55,260 bases of DNA, from NCBI GenBank assembly GCA_964444595.1, contig CAYUHP010000001.1, positions 1 through 55,260 of the forward strand, written 5' to 3'. Below are positions 9,655-20,004 of this stretch, one piece after another; the first letter of the stretch is position 1; the number at the start of each line of letters is the position of its first letter. The DNA is from an uncultured Sphaerochaeta sp. (GTDB taxonomy: Bacteria; Spirochaetota; Spirochaetia; Sphaerochaetales; Sphaerochaetaceae). The translations under genes and the position numbers were made by a program. Under the pieces are notes generated by a model. The model did no database searches. It saw only the letters and a program-made list of their open reading frames with translations, and was not told the origin of the DNA.

Positions 9655-10464
9655 ATGAAAAAATATTTAGTAACTGTATTGTTAATTGTGTTGGGCACAA
9701 CTCTTCTCTTTGCCGCTGGTGCAAAAGAGGCCAAAGATACCAAGACGATCCTTGTGGGAGCTACTCCCGAGCCACACGCCGCGTTCTTAAACCTCGTCAT
9801 CGAGGATTTGGCAGCGAGCGGGTATACCCTCAAGGTCCAGGAGTTCACCGACTACGTAACTCCCAACGAAGCGCTTGAAAGCGGCGAGCTTGATGCAAAC
9901 TTCTTCCAGCACATCCCGTATCTTGAGTCCTTCAACAAGGATCGAGGTTTTCACTTGGTGAACGCTGGCGGAATCCACGTTGAACCGTTTGCCCTCTACA
10001 GTGATCGCCACGCAACGCTGCAAGCTCTGCCCAACGGGGCGACGATCGCAATTCCAAACGACCCAACCAACGAAGGACGTGCGCTGCTTCTTCTTGAGAG
10101 TGCCGGACTGCTTACCTTAGACAGTGGCGCCGGTTTGGAAGCAACCCCCCTTGATATCGTATCAAATCCGAAGAACCTTCGCTTCAGTGAAATCGAAGCG
10201 GCAAGTCTTCCCCGTGTCCTTCAGGACGTCGATGGAGCGATCATCAATGGTAACTACGCGATCCCAGCTGGTCTTATCGCTACCCGTGATGGCCTTTTAG
10301 TTGAAGGTGCCGACAGTCCGTACGTGAACGTCCTTGCCGTGAAGGCCGGACGTGAGAATGAAGCGGGTATCAAAGCCTTGGTTGCCGCTCTTCGTAGTGC
10401 GAAGATTAAAGCATATGTTGCCGAACACTACCAAAACGGTGAGGTTGTTCTCGTAACCGAGTAA
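9655..10464 (+). CDS. metQ: Methionine-binding protein, MetQ/NlpA family
   Basis: [39 protein letters not shown]. Confidence 0.93.
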   Translation: MKKYLVTVLLIVLGTTLLFAAGAKEAKDTKTILVGATPEPHAAFLNLVIEDLAASGYTLKVQEFTDYVTPNEALESGELDANFFQHIPYLESFNKDRGFHLVNAGGIHVEPFALYSDRHATLQALPNGATIAIPNDPTNEGRALLLLESAGLLTLDSGAGLEATPLDIVSNPKNLRFSEIEAASLPRVLQDVDGAIINGNYAIPAGLIATRDGLLVEGADSPYVNVLAVKAGRENEAGIKALVAALRSAKIKAYVAEHYQNGEVVLVTE

Positions 10465-10482
10465 TCATGTAACACAACAAGT

Positions 10483-10514
10483 GGAGGCCTCTGGCGTTGC
10501 TGGAGGCCTTCTTT
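10483..10514 (+). terminator. Terminator after metQ
   Basis: GGAGGCCTCTGGC-gtt-GCTGGAGGCCTTC followed by TTT. Confidence 0.65.
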
Positions 10515-10552
10515 GTATATATATACGAGCAAATGAAAGTATTCAGAAAATA

Positions 10553-10594
10553 GTTGCATGTTTATTGACGATATTTGTATGTTTATGCAATACT
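10553..10594 (+). promoter_or_regulatory. Tandem ARG boxes (ArgR operator) overlapping the argF promoter
   Basis: gtTGCATgtttATTGAcg + 3 bp + ttTGTATgtttATGCAat; TTGACG -35 lies in box 1 and TG-c-AATACT overlaps box 2. Confidence 0.75.
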
Positions 10595-10612
10595 CCGGGT
10601 AGGAGAATCGAT

Positions 10613-11578
10613 ATGAAAAGTCTTACCGGTCGAAGTTTTCTTACCCTATCAACATTCACAAACGAGGAGATCCTCTATCTGTTTGATTTGGCTCATGACC
10701 TTCGTTGTAAGAAACGTGGATTAGCCTATCCTCCCCATTTGAAAGGAAAGTTGCTGGACGGAAAAAATATCGTCCTGATCTTTGATAAAACCTCGACTCG
10801 AACCCGTTGCTCCTTTGAAGTTGCCGCCTTTGATGAGGGGGCGAATGTAACGTTCCTTACTAACAGTCAAATGGGAAAGAAGGAATCGATCGAAGATACC
10901 GCCAAGGTACTCGGGCGCCTCTATGATGCGATCGAGTATCGAGGCTTTGAGCAATCAATCGTTGAAGAACTTGCACTACATAGCAACGTTCCGGTGTACA
11001 ACGGCCTTACCGATGACGATCATCCAACCCAAGTCCTAGCCGATATCCTAACCGCAATGGACCATACGGGAAAAAGGCCCCATGAACTGATCTTCACCTA
11101 TGTCGGAGATGGGCGAAACAACGTCTCCAATGCCCTTGCGATCGGGGCAAAACAAGTGGGCATGAGCTATCACATCGCTTCCCCCAAAGCATTGCAGCCC
11201 TCCTTGGTCAATGAGAATACAACCCTCTTTGAGGACCCCTATGAAGCAGTGAAGGGCTCTGACGTGATCTACACCGATGTGTGGGTTTCGATGGGCGAAG
11301 AGGATAAGACAAAAGAGCGGATCGAGCTCTTGAAGGATTATCAAGTGACGATGGACCTCATCAACGCCTCACAAAATCCCAACGTGATCTTCGAGCACTG
11401 CCTGCCGGCGTTCCATGATCTGAACACGGCGGTGGCCACTGAGATCTACGAAAGCTTCGGCCTGAGGGAGTTGGAAGTTACTGACGAAGTGTTCCGTTCT
11501 TCTCACTCCGTGGTCTTTGACCAAGCGGAAAATCGGATGCATACGATCAAAGCACTGATGGTTGCCACGCTCACATAG
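10613..11578 (+). CDS. argF: Ornithine carbamoyltransferase
   Basis: STRTR, HPTQ, DVWVSMG, HCLP, QAENR motifs; SD AGGAG before ATG 10613. Confidence 0.93.
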   Translation: MKSLTGRSFLTLSTFTNEEILYLFDLAHDLRCKKRGLAYPPHLKGKLLDGKNIVLIFDKTSTRTRCSFEVAAFDEGANVTFLTNSQMGKKESIEDTAKVLGRLYDAIEYRGFEQSIVEELALHSNVPVYNGLTDDDHPTQVLADILTAMDHTGKRPHELIFTYVGDGRNNVSNALAIGAKQVGMSYHIASPKALQPSLVNENTTLFEDPYEAVKGSDVIYTDVWVSMGEEDKTKERIELLKDYQVTMDLINASQNPNVIFEHCLPAFHDLNTAVATEIYESFGLRELEVTDEVFRSSHSVVFDQAENRMHTIKALMVATLT

Positions 11579-11735
11579 GGCCATAATAGCCCTGCTGGGT
11601 CATATTGACCCGTTGAATGCCGTCCTCCTTGGGGATCGTCTCCCCTTGACCCGCTTTCTGATCATCAGGAGGCGGGTCCCATATAATATACAGTCTAATA
11701 GAAATATATATGTACTTTTAGCTAGTATTATAAGG

Positions 11736-11753
11736 CTGGCATGCTTGTTGCAT
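11736..11753 (+). promoter_or_regulatory. sigma54 (-24/-12) promoter of hsp20
   Basis: cTGGCAT-gcttg-TTGCAt with exact GG-N10-GC spacing, about 40 nt upstream of the start codon. Confidence 0.7.
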
Positions 11754-11794
11754 AGTAATAGGTGAATAGAATATTACGATATGGAGGTACACAA

Positions 11795-12211
11795 ATGAGA
11801 TATGTAACACGAAGAAGGTATGGCTTATCCCCCTTTGATTCGCTCTTTAATGAGCTGATGAACTCCTGGGAAACCACGACTCGGCGCACGCCGGCTGTCG
11901 ATATTTACGAAGAGGAGAACGCCTACGTTCTTGAGGCCGAACTTGCCGGATATAAGCAAGATGAGGTTACGGTTAATGTTGAAAAGCATGTGCTGAAGAT
12001 CAGCTCCACCAAAGAGTCCAACCTCGAAGAGGATGCTGAAAAGCGCCTTGTAACTGAGCGCTGCTACCGCTGCTTTGAACGATCATTTACCCTTCCCGAG
12101 GATGTCGATGAAGATATGATCACCGGAGAGTTCGCCGATGGCCTGTTGACCCTCACGCTTCCGAAGAAGAAGGTAGAAAAACCGAAACCGATCGAAGTGA
12201 AGATTAAATAA
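11795..12211 (+). CDS. Small heat-shock protein, Hsp20/alpha-crystallin family
   Basis: PAVDIYE, FERSFTLPEDVD, DGLLTLTLPK, C-terminal IEV motif; SD GGAGG. Confidence 0.93.
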   Translation: MRYVTRRRYGLSPFDSLFNELMNSWETTTRRTPAVDIYEEENAYVLEAELAGYKQDEVTVNVEKHVLKISSTKESNLEEDAEKRLVTERCYRCFERSFTLPEDVDEDMITGEFADGLLTLTLPKKKVEKPKPIEVKIK

Positions 12212-12231
12212 GAAGGAGAAGACGCAGAAAA

Positions 12232-12259
12232 GGAGGTCTTACCGAAAGGTAGGTCCTCC
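12232..12259 (+). terminator. Hairpin after hsp20 (weak terminator or stabiliser)
   Basis: GGAGGtcTTACC-gaaa-GGTAGgtCCTCC; no U-tract. Confidence 0.4.
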
Positions 12260-12318
12260 AATAATGCTTGTTAAGTTCTACATCATGGTGGTATATTGTA
12301 AGAAATAGGAGATTGCAT

Positions 12319-12912
12319 ATGCCCAAGAAGATCGATCACGAAGCGCGAAAAGAGCGAATTCTACAGACAGCTCTGAAAGTGTTTGCGCGTGAGGGGTACC
12401 GAGACTCGAACCTCTCCTTGATCGCCAACGAGTGCAACATCTCCCGACCTACGATCTATCAGTACTTCAAAGATAAAGAAGACATCTACTACTATGCGGT
12501 CAAGCTGGTGACCGCTCGGATGTTCAACCGCTACGCAACATATGCCTGGTCAAGTGAACAGCCGTATCTTAAACGCCTGACGGTCATCTGTACCGACATC
12601 ATGCAGGAAGCACACGACCACGAAGGGGAGTTAACTAGTCTCGTTGACGTGATGCTTCAGATGAAGCGCGATGGAACCGATTTTAACGCGATCATCCTCA
12701 GGCGGACCGCCAAGCTTTCGATCCTCTTTAAGCGCTTGCTTAACCAAGGGATGAAAGATGGACAGATCATCCAGTGCGATGCGGACAAAGTAGCCGATCA
12801 TCTGATGTTGCTGCTCGAAGCTTCCTGCTTCCAAGTGGCGTTCTTTGATACGTACTCGATTCAAACCTCAAAAGAGTTGATCACTCGCTACCTTGAAGGA
12901 CTTCAAGCCTAA
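12319..12912 (+). CDS. TetR/AcrR family transcriptional regulator
   Basis: N-terminal HTH (ILQTALKVF..IA..ISRPTIYQYFKDKE); SD AGGAG. Confidence 0.9.
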   Translation: MPKKIDHEARKERILQTALKVFAREGYRDSNLSLIANECNISRPTIYQYFKDKEDIYYYAVKLVTARMFNRYATYAWSSEQPYLKRLTVICTDIMQEAHDHEGELTSLVDVMLQMKRDGTDFNAIILRRTAKLSILFKRLLNQGMKDGQIIQCDADKVADHLMLLLEASCFQVAFFDTYSIQTSKELITRYLEGLQA

Positions 12913-12936
12913 CAAACCCCTGCGTCATACAATGCT

Positions 12937-15504
12937 ATGAACATGGACCAAATGACAATAAAGATGCGCAGTGCAATCGCTGAAGCCGATCGCCTTGCTG
13001 CTGCACGTTCTAACGCCGAAGTAACAACCGAACACCTCATCTTAGCCCTCTTAGATCAAGAAGAAGGAATCCTCTCCTCGATTTTAGAGCGAGTGGGTAT
13101 TTCACAAAGAAGTGTTGAAGAGCGCTTTGAAGAAGCGGCCAGCAAGCTGAGTAAAGCATATGGTTCGACCACCAAGCGCTCGATCAGCGGTACGTTGGCC
13201 AACCAACTCTATGCCGCTACCTCAATCGCTTCAGAGTTCAAAGATCAATACCTCTCCGCTGAGCACGTGCTCTTATCTATTATCCGCGACAACAGTGGGG
13301 CAAGCCGGATTCTCAAAGAGTTGGGTTTGAGTGAAGAAAACGTTATGCAAGCATTGCAGGCGATTCGAGGCAATACCCGAATCGACAGTGAAGATCCCGA
13401 AAGCCAATATGAAGCGCTTGAAAAGTATTGTAAAGATTTGACGCTTCTTGCCCGCAGCGGAAAGCTCGATCCGGTGATCGGTCGGGATGAAGAGATTCGG
13501 CGCGTGATGCAAGTCCTCAGCCGAAGGACTAAAAACAATCCGGTCCTCATCGGCGAACCCGGAGTTGGAAAGACCGCAATCGTTGAGGGATTGGCTCGAA
13601 GGATCTCCAGTGGAGATGTGCCCGATTCCTTGAAGAACAAGCGTCTTCTTTCCCTCGATCTCGGATCGCTGATCGCCGGAGCGAAGTTCCGAGGCGAGTT
13701 TGAAGAGCGCCTCAAAGCGGTCGTCAAAGAAGTAACCTCAAGTGAAGGGGCGATCATCCTCTTCATCGATGAGCTGCACACGATCGTCGGTGCCGGAGCT
13801 GCCGAAGGCTCAACCGATGCCTCGAACTTGATCAAGCCCGCCCTCAGTCGGGGTGAGCTTCATGCAATCGGGGCGACCACGTTGGATGAGTACCGCAAGT
13901 ATATCGAGGCGGATAAAGCACTCGAACGACGCTTCCAGCCAGTGTATACATCTGAGCCAAGCGTCGAATCGACGATCGCAATCCTTCGGGGCTTGCAGGA
14001 GCGATACGAAGTCCACCATGGCGTTCGAATCAAAGATGAAGCGCTTGTTGCTGCCGCGGTGTTAAGTAGCCGCTATATCACCAACCGCTTCCTCCCCGAC
14101 AAAGCGATCGATTTGATCGATGAGGCGGCGAGTCAGTTAAAGATGGAGATCGAGAGCCAACCGGAGCAGCTCGATCAAATTGAGCGAAAGATCCTTCAGC
14201 TGAACATTGAAGAGCAAGCACTCCAACGCGAGAGTGATCCTGCTTCAAAGAAGCGACTTGAAAAAATAAAAGAAGAGCGAAGCTCCCTGCAAAGCGAGCG
14301 GGACCTTCTGCATAGTCAGTGGGAGAAGGAGCGCTCTTCGATCGATCAGATTCGAGAAGCAAAAGCGAAACTTGAGACCTTGAAGGGCGAAGAGGAGAGT
14401 GCCGAGCGAGAGGGAAACTTAGCCCGAGCCGCTCAGATTAAGCACGGAGAAATTCCAGCCCTCACGCAAGAGATTCAGAAGTGGACTCAAGAGCTGGCCA
14501 AAGAGAATGGAAGCCAACTCCTTCGGGAGGAGGTGAGCGAGGATGATATCGCCAAGATCGTCTCTTCGTGGACGGGAGTTCCCGTTGCCAAGATGAAGAG
14601 CAGCGAGGTTCAAAAATACCTAAATTTGGAGGATATCCTCAAAGAAGAGGTGATCGGCCAAGGTGAGGCGATTGAAGCAGTCAGTGCGGCGATTCGCCGC
14701 AATAAGGCGGGAATCGGTGATGAACGACGCCCGTTGGGTTCCTTCCTCTTTGCCGGGCCAACCGGGGTAGGGAAGACCCTCCTTGCCAAGGTTTTGGCTC
14801 AGTTCCTCTTCGATGATGAGAAAGCGCTTACCCGAATCGACATGAGTGAGTATATGGAGAAGTTCTCCGTCTCGCGCCTGATTGGAGCGCCCCCTGGGTA
14901 TGTCGGCTACGACCAAGGCGGTCAGTTGACTGAAGTGGTCCGAAGGCGACCGTACTCGGTGATTCTCTTTGATGAGATCGAGAAAGCTCACCCGGATGTG
15001 TTTAACGTCCTGTTACAATTGCTCGATGACGGGCGCTTGACCGATGGCCAAGGCCGAGTTGTGGACTTTACCAACTCGGTAATCATCATGACGAGTAACC
15101 TCGGCAGCCAACAGCTGCTTGGTGCGACGAGTCATGAAGAGGGAGCGGCGTTGGTCAATGAGGTGATTCACTCCTCCTTTAAGCCGGAGTTCATCAACCG
15201 CCTCGATGAGATCATCGTGTTTAACCGACTGGACAGCAAGGCGGTCCATCAGATCATTGCGCTGCAGCTAAAGACCTTGGCTGATCGGCTCAAAGCTCGG
15301 GGCTTTGCCCTCCAGTGGGACAGCGCCCTTGAAGAGGCGATCTTTGCCGAAGGCTTTGATCCGCTCTTCGGAGCCCGGCCGATCAAGCGGGCGATTCAAC
15401 GAATCGTTGAAAACCCGCTGAGTCTAAAGATCTTGGAAGGTTCATTTAGCGATGGCTCTTCAATTCACCTTTCATGGGATGGCTCTGAATTACTCATCTC
15501 GTAA
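12937..15504 (+). CDS. clpB: ATP-dependent disaggregase ClpB
   Basis: Two AAA+ modules ([16 protein letters not shown]), long coiled-coil middle domain, GYVG pore loop. Confidence 0.95.
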   Translation: MNMDQMTIKMRSAIAEADRLAAARSNAEVTTEHLILALLDQEEGILSSILERVGISQRSVEERFEEAASKLSKAYGSTTKRSISGTLANQLYAATSIASEFKDQYLSAEHVLLSIIRDNSGASRILKELGLSEENVMQALQAIRGNTRIDSEDPESQYEALEKYCKDLTLLARSGKLDPVIGRDEEIRRVMQVLSRRTKNNPVLIGEPGVGKTAIVEGLARRISSGDVPDSLKNKRLLSLDLGSLIAGAKFRGEFEERLKAVVKEVTSSEGAIILFIDELHTIVGAGAAEGSTDASNLIKPALSRGELHAIGATTLDEYRKYIEADKALERRFQPVYTSEPSVESTIAILRGLQERYEVHHGVRIKDEALVAAAVLSSRYITNRFLPDKAIDLIDEAASQLKMEIESQPEQLDQIERKILQLNIEEQALQRESDPASKKRLEKIKEERSSLQSERDLLHSQWEKERSSIDQIREAKAKLETLKGEEESAEREGNLARAAQIKHGEIPALTQEIQKWTQELAKENGSQLLREEVSEDDIAKIVSSWTGVPVAKMKSSEVQKYLNLEDILKEEVIGQGEAIEAVSAAIRRNKAGIGDERRPLGSFLFAGPTGVGKTLLAKVLAQFLFDDEKALTRIDMSEYMEKFSVSRLIGAPPGYVGYDQGGQLTEVVRRRPYSVILFDEIEKAHPDVFNVLLQLLDDGRLTDGQGRVVDFTNSVIIMTSNLGSQQLLGATSHEEGAALVNEVIHSSFKPEFINRLDEIIVFNRLDSKAVHQIIALQLKTLADRLKARGFALQWDSALEEAIFAEGFDPLFGARPIKRAIQRIVENPLSLKILEGSFSDGSSIHLSWDGSELLIS

Positions 15505-16062
15505 GAGGGAGTGATAGTTCTGAAGCGTGTCGATGTCTCGGATATATGCCGAATCATCGACCGCTATTTTTTTCACTTCGTAGGTGCTGAGCAGCTCTCT
15601 CACTGTAAACGAATCCGGTTGGAGTAGGATCTTATCGATGAAGAGCGGATCGTGGAGGACGGGGTGGCCAATCGTTCCATTATAAACTGGTCGGACCACA
15701 GCCTCAGAAAACTGGGCGAGAAAATGATAGTGCTTTGGCTCGATGAGGGGCATGTCGCCTAAGGAGATGAAGAACCTCTTTGTTCGGTCCAACTCCTTTG
15801 CCCCCACTTTTGTCGAGGAGCCCTGGCCGCGTTCGAAGTGTTCGTTGATGACTATCTTCAAGAGTGGATCGGAAAGAAGATCGGTGATAAGTACCCGGAT
15901 CTCATCGGCCCGATACCCAAGAACCAACGTGGTAGGCATTTGAGCTGCTAGGGAGTTGGCGACACTGTGGTAGATGATTGGTTTGTCTTTAAAACGCCAA
16001 AAGAGCTTTTCACCACCACTGCGCGTTCCGCTGCCGGCAGCTAAGAGAAGATTTTGAGTCAT
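15490..16062 (-). CDS. MobA/MocA-like nucleotidyltransferase
   Basis: [18 protein letters not shown] and DIDT motifs. Confidence 0.82.
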   Translation of the reverse strand: MTQNLLLAAGSGTRSGGEKLFWRFKDKPIIYHSVANSLAAQMPTTLVLGYRADEIRVLITDLLSDPLLKIVINEHFERGQGSSTKVGAKELDRTKRFFISLGDMPLIEPKHYHFLAQFSEAVVRPVYNGTIGHPVLHDPLFIDKILLQPDSFTVRELLSTYEVKKIAVDDSAYIRDIDTLQNYHSLLRDE

Positions 16063-16103
16063 TCTTGAGCCTTCCATACAATCTGAGTATACTCGAAATC
16101 ATT

Positions 16104-16832
16104 ATGATAGCCACCTATTTCAACGCCCTGATGATTGTCATCGGTACGCTGATCGGCCTTCTTGTTAAAAGCCGACTCAAACCCTCCTTTGAAGAGATCG
16201 TATTCACCTCCAGTGGATTGATTACCCTTGTCCTTGGTTTTTCGATGGCAGCGGCCACCTCATCATACCTTGTGATGCTCCTTGCCCTCGCCATCGGCGG
16301 AGGTCTGGGGTATTGGCTGAAGATCGAAGATCGGATCCTCGCCCTTGGGGGGTGGATGGAGCGCCTCACAAGTCGGGGAAATTCCGACAGTGAGCGGGCA
16401 AAGAACTTTGCCCTGGGTTTTTTAAACGCCTCCTTACTCTTTTGCTCCGGAGCGATGACAGTTCTTGGCTCGATTCAAGCGGGAACCAGCGGGGATTATC
16501 GCCTCATCATGGTCAAAGCAATTATGGACGGCTGTATGGCAGTGATCTTTGCATCGGTGTACGGAGTAGGGGTGATCGGCAGTGCTCTCTTTGTCCTCTT
16601 GTACCAAGGGTTCTTCACCCTTGCCGGAGGATGGATCGAACCAATCCTTGGCGAGGTGGGAATCAGCGAACTTGGGGCGATCGGGGGTATTTTGCTGCTG
16701 ATGATCGGCTTTAACCTGTTGAATATCCGAAAAACAAAGACCGGAAACTTCCTCCCGGCGATGATTCTCGCTCCACTCTTTGCGATTCTCAGTCCCGCTA
16801 TTTCTGGTCTTTTTTCAGGGTTTGGTTTTTAA
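16104..16832 (+). CDS. DUF554 family membrane protein
   Basis: Multi-TM; ASLLFCSGAM..GS, KAIMDG and NFLPA motifs. Confidence 0.82.
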   Translation: MIATYFNALMIVIGTLIGLLVKSRLKPSFEEIVFTSSGLITLVLGFSMAAATSSYLVMLLALAIGGGLGYWLKIEDRILALGGWMERLTSRGNSDSERAKNFALGFLNASLLFCSGAMTVLGSIQAGTSGDYRLIMVKAIMDGCMAVIFASVYGVGVIGSALFVLLYQGFFTLAGGWIEPILGEVGISELGAIGGILLLMIGFNLLNIRKTKTGNFLPAMILAPLFAILSPAISGLFSGFGF

Positions 16833-17172
16833 CGATCCGTTTTTCACATACTTTCAAGAATGCCCAAACAACTTCAAACTCCTCGTCATTGAGTGAGTTG
16901 AGAAGTTCAATCATTTCGATCCGTTTGGATGAGGTGTGGTGTTCGGCTACTTCATCATCTTCGTCAAATGATGAATAGGAAAATCCCCGCTCCAGCTGAT
17001 GAAGGTCCATTCCCGTCAATTCGGTTATCTTCAACAGAACTTCCATTGGAGGACGCCGGTCGCTGTGAATCCAGCTTGAGAGGGTGGAGCGTTTCACATC
17101 GAGAACTTGGGCAAGTTCGACAACAGTAGCCGTATTAAGCAGAGATTTGATGCGATTCCAAAATGATTCCAT
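16798..17172 (-). CDS. XRE/CI-like helix-turn-helix protein
   Basis: ELAQVLDVKRSTLSSW...RRPP HTH pattern; start at MESFW. Confidence 0.78.
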   Translation of the reverse strand: MESFWNRIKSLLNTATVVELAQVLDVKRSTLSSWIHSDRRPPMEVLLKITELTGMDLHQLERGFSYSSFDEDDEVAEHHTSSKRIEMIELLNSLNDEEFEVVWAFLKVCEKRIVKNQTLKKDQK

Positions 17173-17284
17173 GCTGTAAATATAGCAGGTGATAATTGTA
17201 AATGACGATAATGTGGCAGGTATTCGAAGAGAGAATCGGATTCTTCTTGTAGGGCAATTACTTAAAGAAGTCCAGCGGTGACGA

Positions 17285-17318
17285 AAACAGGTCACCTTGA
17301 CGAAAAGGTGACCTGTTT
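17285..17318 (-). terminator. Terminator after glgP
   Basis: 14-bp perfect inverted repeat AAACAGGTCACCTT / AAGGTGACCTGTTT directly after the glgP stop. Confidence 0.75.
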
Positions 17319-17325
17319 ATCAGTA

Positions 17326-19839
17326 TTAGTGCTTTTTAGCATCCTCGAGAACGGAATCAGCATCGCCGTTCTGCTTGACTGGTAAGCTCTTGATCTTCCA
17401 GATATCTTCAGCGTATTCGCCGATTGTTCGGTCGCTGGAGAACTTTGAGCCGCTGGCGACATTCAACACCGCTCGGCGGTTCCACTCCGTCTGGTCGTTC
17501 TTATAGAGCTCACGGGCATTTCGGTGAGCATCGGCGTACATTTGAAGATCGGCGAAGAGGAAGTAGCGATCGCCTTCTTGAAGCAAGGAGCGATAGAGGG
17601 GATCGAAGATTCCTGGCTCGTTGACGTTGAAGTAACCGCTTTGGAGAAGATCCATGATCGCTTGAATCTTGGGGTTGGCCTTGATATAGGAGTGCGGATC
17701 ATAGGAGGGACGCAGTTTTTCGATTTGTTGTTCGGTGTTTCCAAAGATGAAGAGGTTTTCCGCTCCCGCTTCTTCGGCGATCTCGATGTTCGCTCCATCC
17801 AGGGTCCCGATCGTCAGCGCTCCGTTGATCATGAACTTCATATTCCCCGTCCCCGAAGCTTCCGTTCCGGCAGTTGAGATCTGCTGGCTCAGGTTCGTTG
17901 CGGGAATGAGGGCTTCGGCCATCGTAACGCGATAGTTTGGCATGAAGTGAACCGCCAAACGATCATTTACTTCCTCGTCGGCATTAACCACTTGGGCGAT
18001 GTTGTTGATCAGCTTGATGATGAGCTTGGCGTTTACATACCCGGGGGCTGCCTTACCACCGAAGAGGAAGGTAGTGTGTTCCATGAGTTTTGTTTCTTCC
18101 CCGCCCATCTTGAGGTCGTTGTAGATGTAGAGGATGTTCAAGACGTTGAGCAACTGGCGCTTATACTCGTGCAGTCGTTTGACTTGGACGTCAAAGAACG
18201 TGTCATCTTGGAGGATGATCGAGGTGTCGGCGCGAAGGAACTTGCTGGCTCGAACTTTGTTCGCCGCTTTGATCTTCGCGAAGTCGGCGACAAACGCTGA
18301 GTCATCGGCAAACTTTTTAAGCTTTGCCATCTGAGAGAAATCGGTAATCCACTTATTTCCGATCGCCTTGGTGATCAAGGTACTGAGCTCGGGGTTGGAG
18401 GCAAGCAGCCACCTTCGCTGGGTGATTCCATTTGTCTTGTTATTAAAGCGCTCGGGGAAGATCGTATTGAAGTGGGTAAACATTGAATCGCGGAGTAGTT
18501 GGCTGTGCAAGGCGGCAACTCCGTTGGTGGAGTGACTGCCGACGATCGCCAAGTTGGCCATCCGAATGTTCTTCGGGTTCGCTTCCTCGACAATTGAAAT
18601 TTGGTTGAGGATCTGAGGTTGAAGCGGAAAGTGGCTGACCGCTTCTTGGAGGAAGCGGTGGTTGATCTCATAGATGATCTGAAGGTGGCGAGGAAGCAAC
18701 GAGCCGAGCATTGGCACGCTCCACTTCTCCAGAGCCTCAGGCATCAAGGTGTGGTTGGTATACCCCAAACTTGAAACGGTGATCTTCCACGCCTCATCCC
18801 AAGAAAGCCCTTCAAGGTCGATGAGCAGGCGCATCAGCTCAGGAACAGCCAAGCTTGGGTGCGTATCGTTCAGTTGAATTGCAGCAAAGTCGCTGAAGGC
18901 ATTCCAGTCGTAGTTTTCGTTGCGCTTGAAGCGACGGATAATGTCACTTAAGGAGCAGGAGACGAAGAAGTACTGCTGCTTTAGCCTCAGTTCCTTACCC
19001 ATATAGAGGGTGTCATTGGGGTAGAGGACTTGGCTGAGGTTCTCGGCGGTGATCTTCGACCGAACCGCTTCGGTGTAGTCACCTTCGTTAAACTCGGCGA
19101 AGTCAAACTCATCAAGGCTTTTCGCCGACCAGAGCCGAAGGGTGTTAACCGTATTGGCTCCATAGCCGATGATCGGCATGTCGTACGCAACTCCCAAGAC
19201 GGTTTCTGAGGGGCTCCACTTAAAGAGGTCTTTGCCGCCTTCGCGGATCACTTGCACTGAGCCGCCAAAGCCAACGGGATAGACCACATCAGGACGAACA
19301 ATCTCCCAAGGGTTGCCCGCTCTTAGCCAGTTATCCGGCTGTTCGACTTGCCACCCTTGCTTGATCTGTTGGCGGAAGATCCCGTAGTTATAGCGAATAC
19401 CGTATCCGTAGGCGGGGATCTCCAGCGTTGCCAAGGAGTCGAGGAAGCACGCCGCCAGGCGACCTAAGCCGCCGTTGCCTAAGCCGGCATCGCTTTCTAC
19501 CGCTTCAAGCTCTTCGTAGGTGTATCCGAGCGAGGCGAGCGCCTCGCGGACCTCTTCTTCAACGCCGAGATTGATGATATTATTACTCATTGCCCGACCC
19601 ATGAGGAATTCAAGGGAGAGGTAATAGACCCGTTTTGAGTGGCCTTGGCGTTGGACTTTTCGGCTCTGATTCCAGCGATGAACGATTCGATCGCGGATCG
19701 TGAGGGCAAGAGCGGTGTAGCGTCCTTCATCGGTAGTATGAACTTGGTCGGCGTCCTGACTGTATTTGAGGTGCTCGGCAAAGTCCTGAGTTATATCGGC
19801 AACGGTGTGTCCGTATCGTGTTTTTTGGTGGTTCGACAT
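17326..19839 (-). CDS. glgP: Glycogen/alpha-glucan phosphorylase
   Basis: LGNGGLGRLAACF, QLNDTHP, EASGTGNMK (PLP lysine). Confidence 0.95.
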   Translation of the reverse strand: MSNHQKTRYGHTVADITQDFAEHLKYSQDADQVHTTDEGRYTALALTIRDRIVHRWNQSRKVQRQGHSKRVYYLSLEFLMGRAMSNNIINLGVEEEVREALASLGYTYEELEAVESDAGLGNGGLGRLAACFLDSLATLEIPAYGYGIRYNYGIFRQQIKQGWQVEQPDNWLRAGNPWEIVRPDVVYPVGFGGSVQVIREGGKDLFKWSPSETVLGVAYDMPIIGYGANTVNTLRLWSAKSLDEFDFAEFNEGDYTEAVRSKITAENLSQVLYPNDTLYMGKELRLKQQYFFVSCSLSDIIRRFKRNENYDWNAFSDFAAIQLNDTHPSLAVPELMRLLIDLEGLSWDEAWKITVSSLGYTNHTLMPEALEKWSVPMLGSLLPRHLQIIYEINHRFLQEAVSHFPLQPQILNQISIVEEANPKNIRMANLAIVGSHSTNGVAALHSQLLRDSMFTHFNTIFPERFNNKTNGITQRRWLLASNPELSTLITKAIGNKWITDFSQMAKLKKFADDSAFVADFAKIKAANKVRASKFLRADTSIILQDDTFFDVQVKRLHEYKRQLLNVLNILYIYNDLKMGGEETKLMEHTTFLFGGKAAPGYVNAKLIIKLINNIAQVVNADEEVNDRLAVHFMPNYRVTMAEALIPATNLSQQISTAGTEASGTGNMKFMINGALTIGTLDGANIEIAEEAGAENLFIFGNTEQQIEKLRPSYDPHSYIKANPKIQAIMDLLQSGYFNVNEPGIFDPLYRSLLQEGDRYFLFADLQMYADAHRNARELYKNDQTEWNRRAVLNVASGSKFSSDRTIGEYAEDIWKIKSLPVKQNGDADSVLEDAKKH

Positions 19840-19933
19840 GGGAACTCCTTACATCTTAATAGCATACGATGGTTGAAACTATATCGAAAGGACCCTATCG
19901 GGGCAACTAGTACAATGAGAAGTGCGAAGCATA

Positions 19934-19962
19934 TTGACAAAAACGTTGCTCTTTGGTAAGTT
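19934..19962 (+). promoter_or_regulatory. sigma70 promoter of the tRNA-Thr/rpmG/secE/nusG unit
   Basis: TTGACA-17 bp-TAAGTT with a TG extension. Confidence 0.7.
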
Positions 19963-20004
19963 TGCTTTTGCGTGTAATGATACTGTCGCTGTTACACACC
20001 CGAT

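Noticed and set aside
11580-12936. CIRCE (HrcA) or CtsR operators before hsp20 and clpB
   Set aside because: No TTAGCACTC-N9-GAGTGCTAA or clear tandem GTCAAA heptads were found by eye
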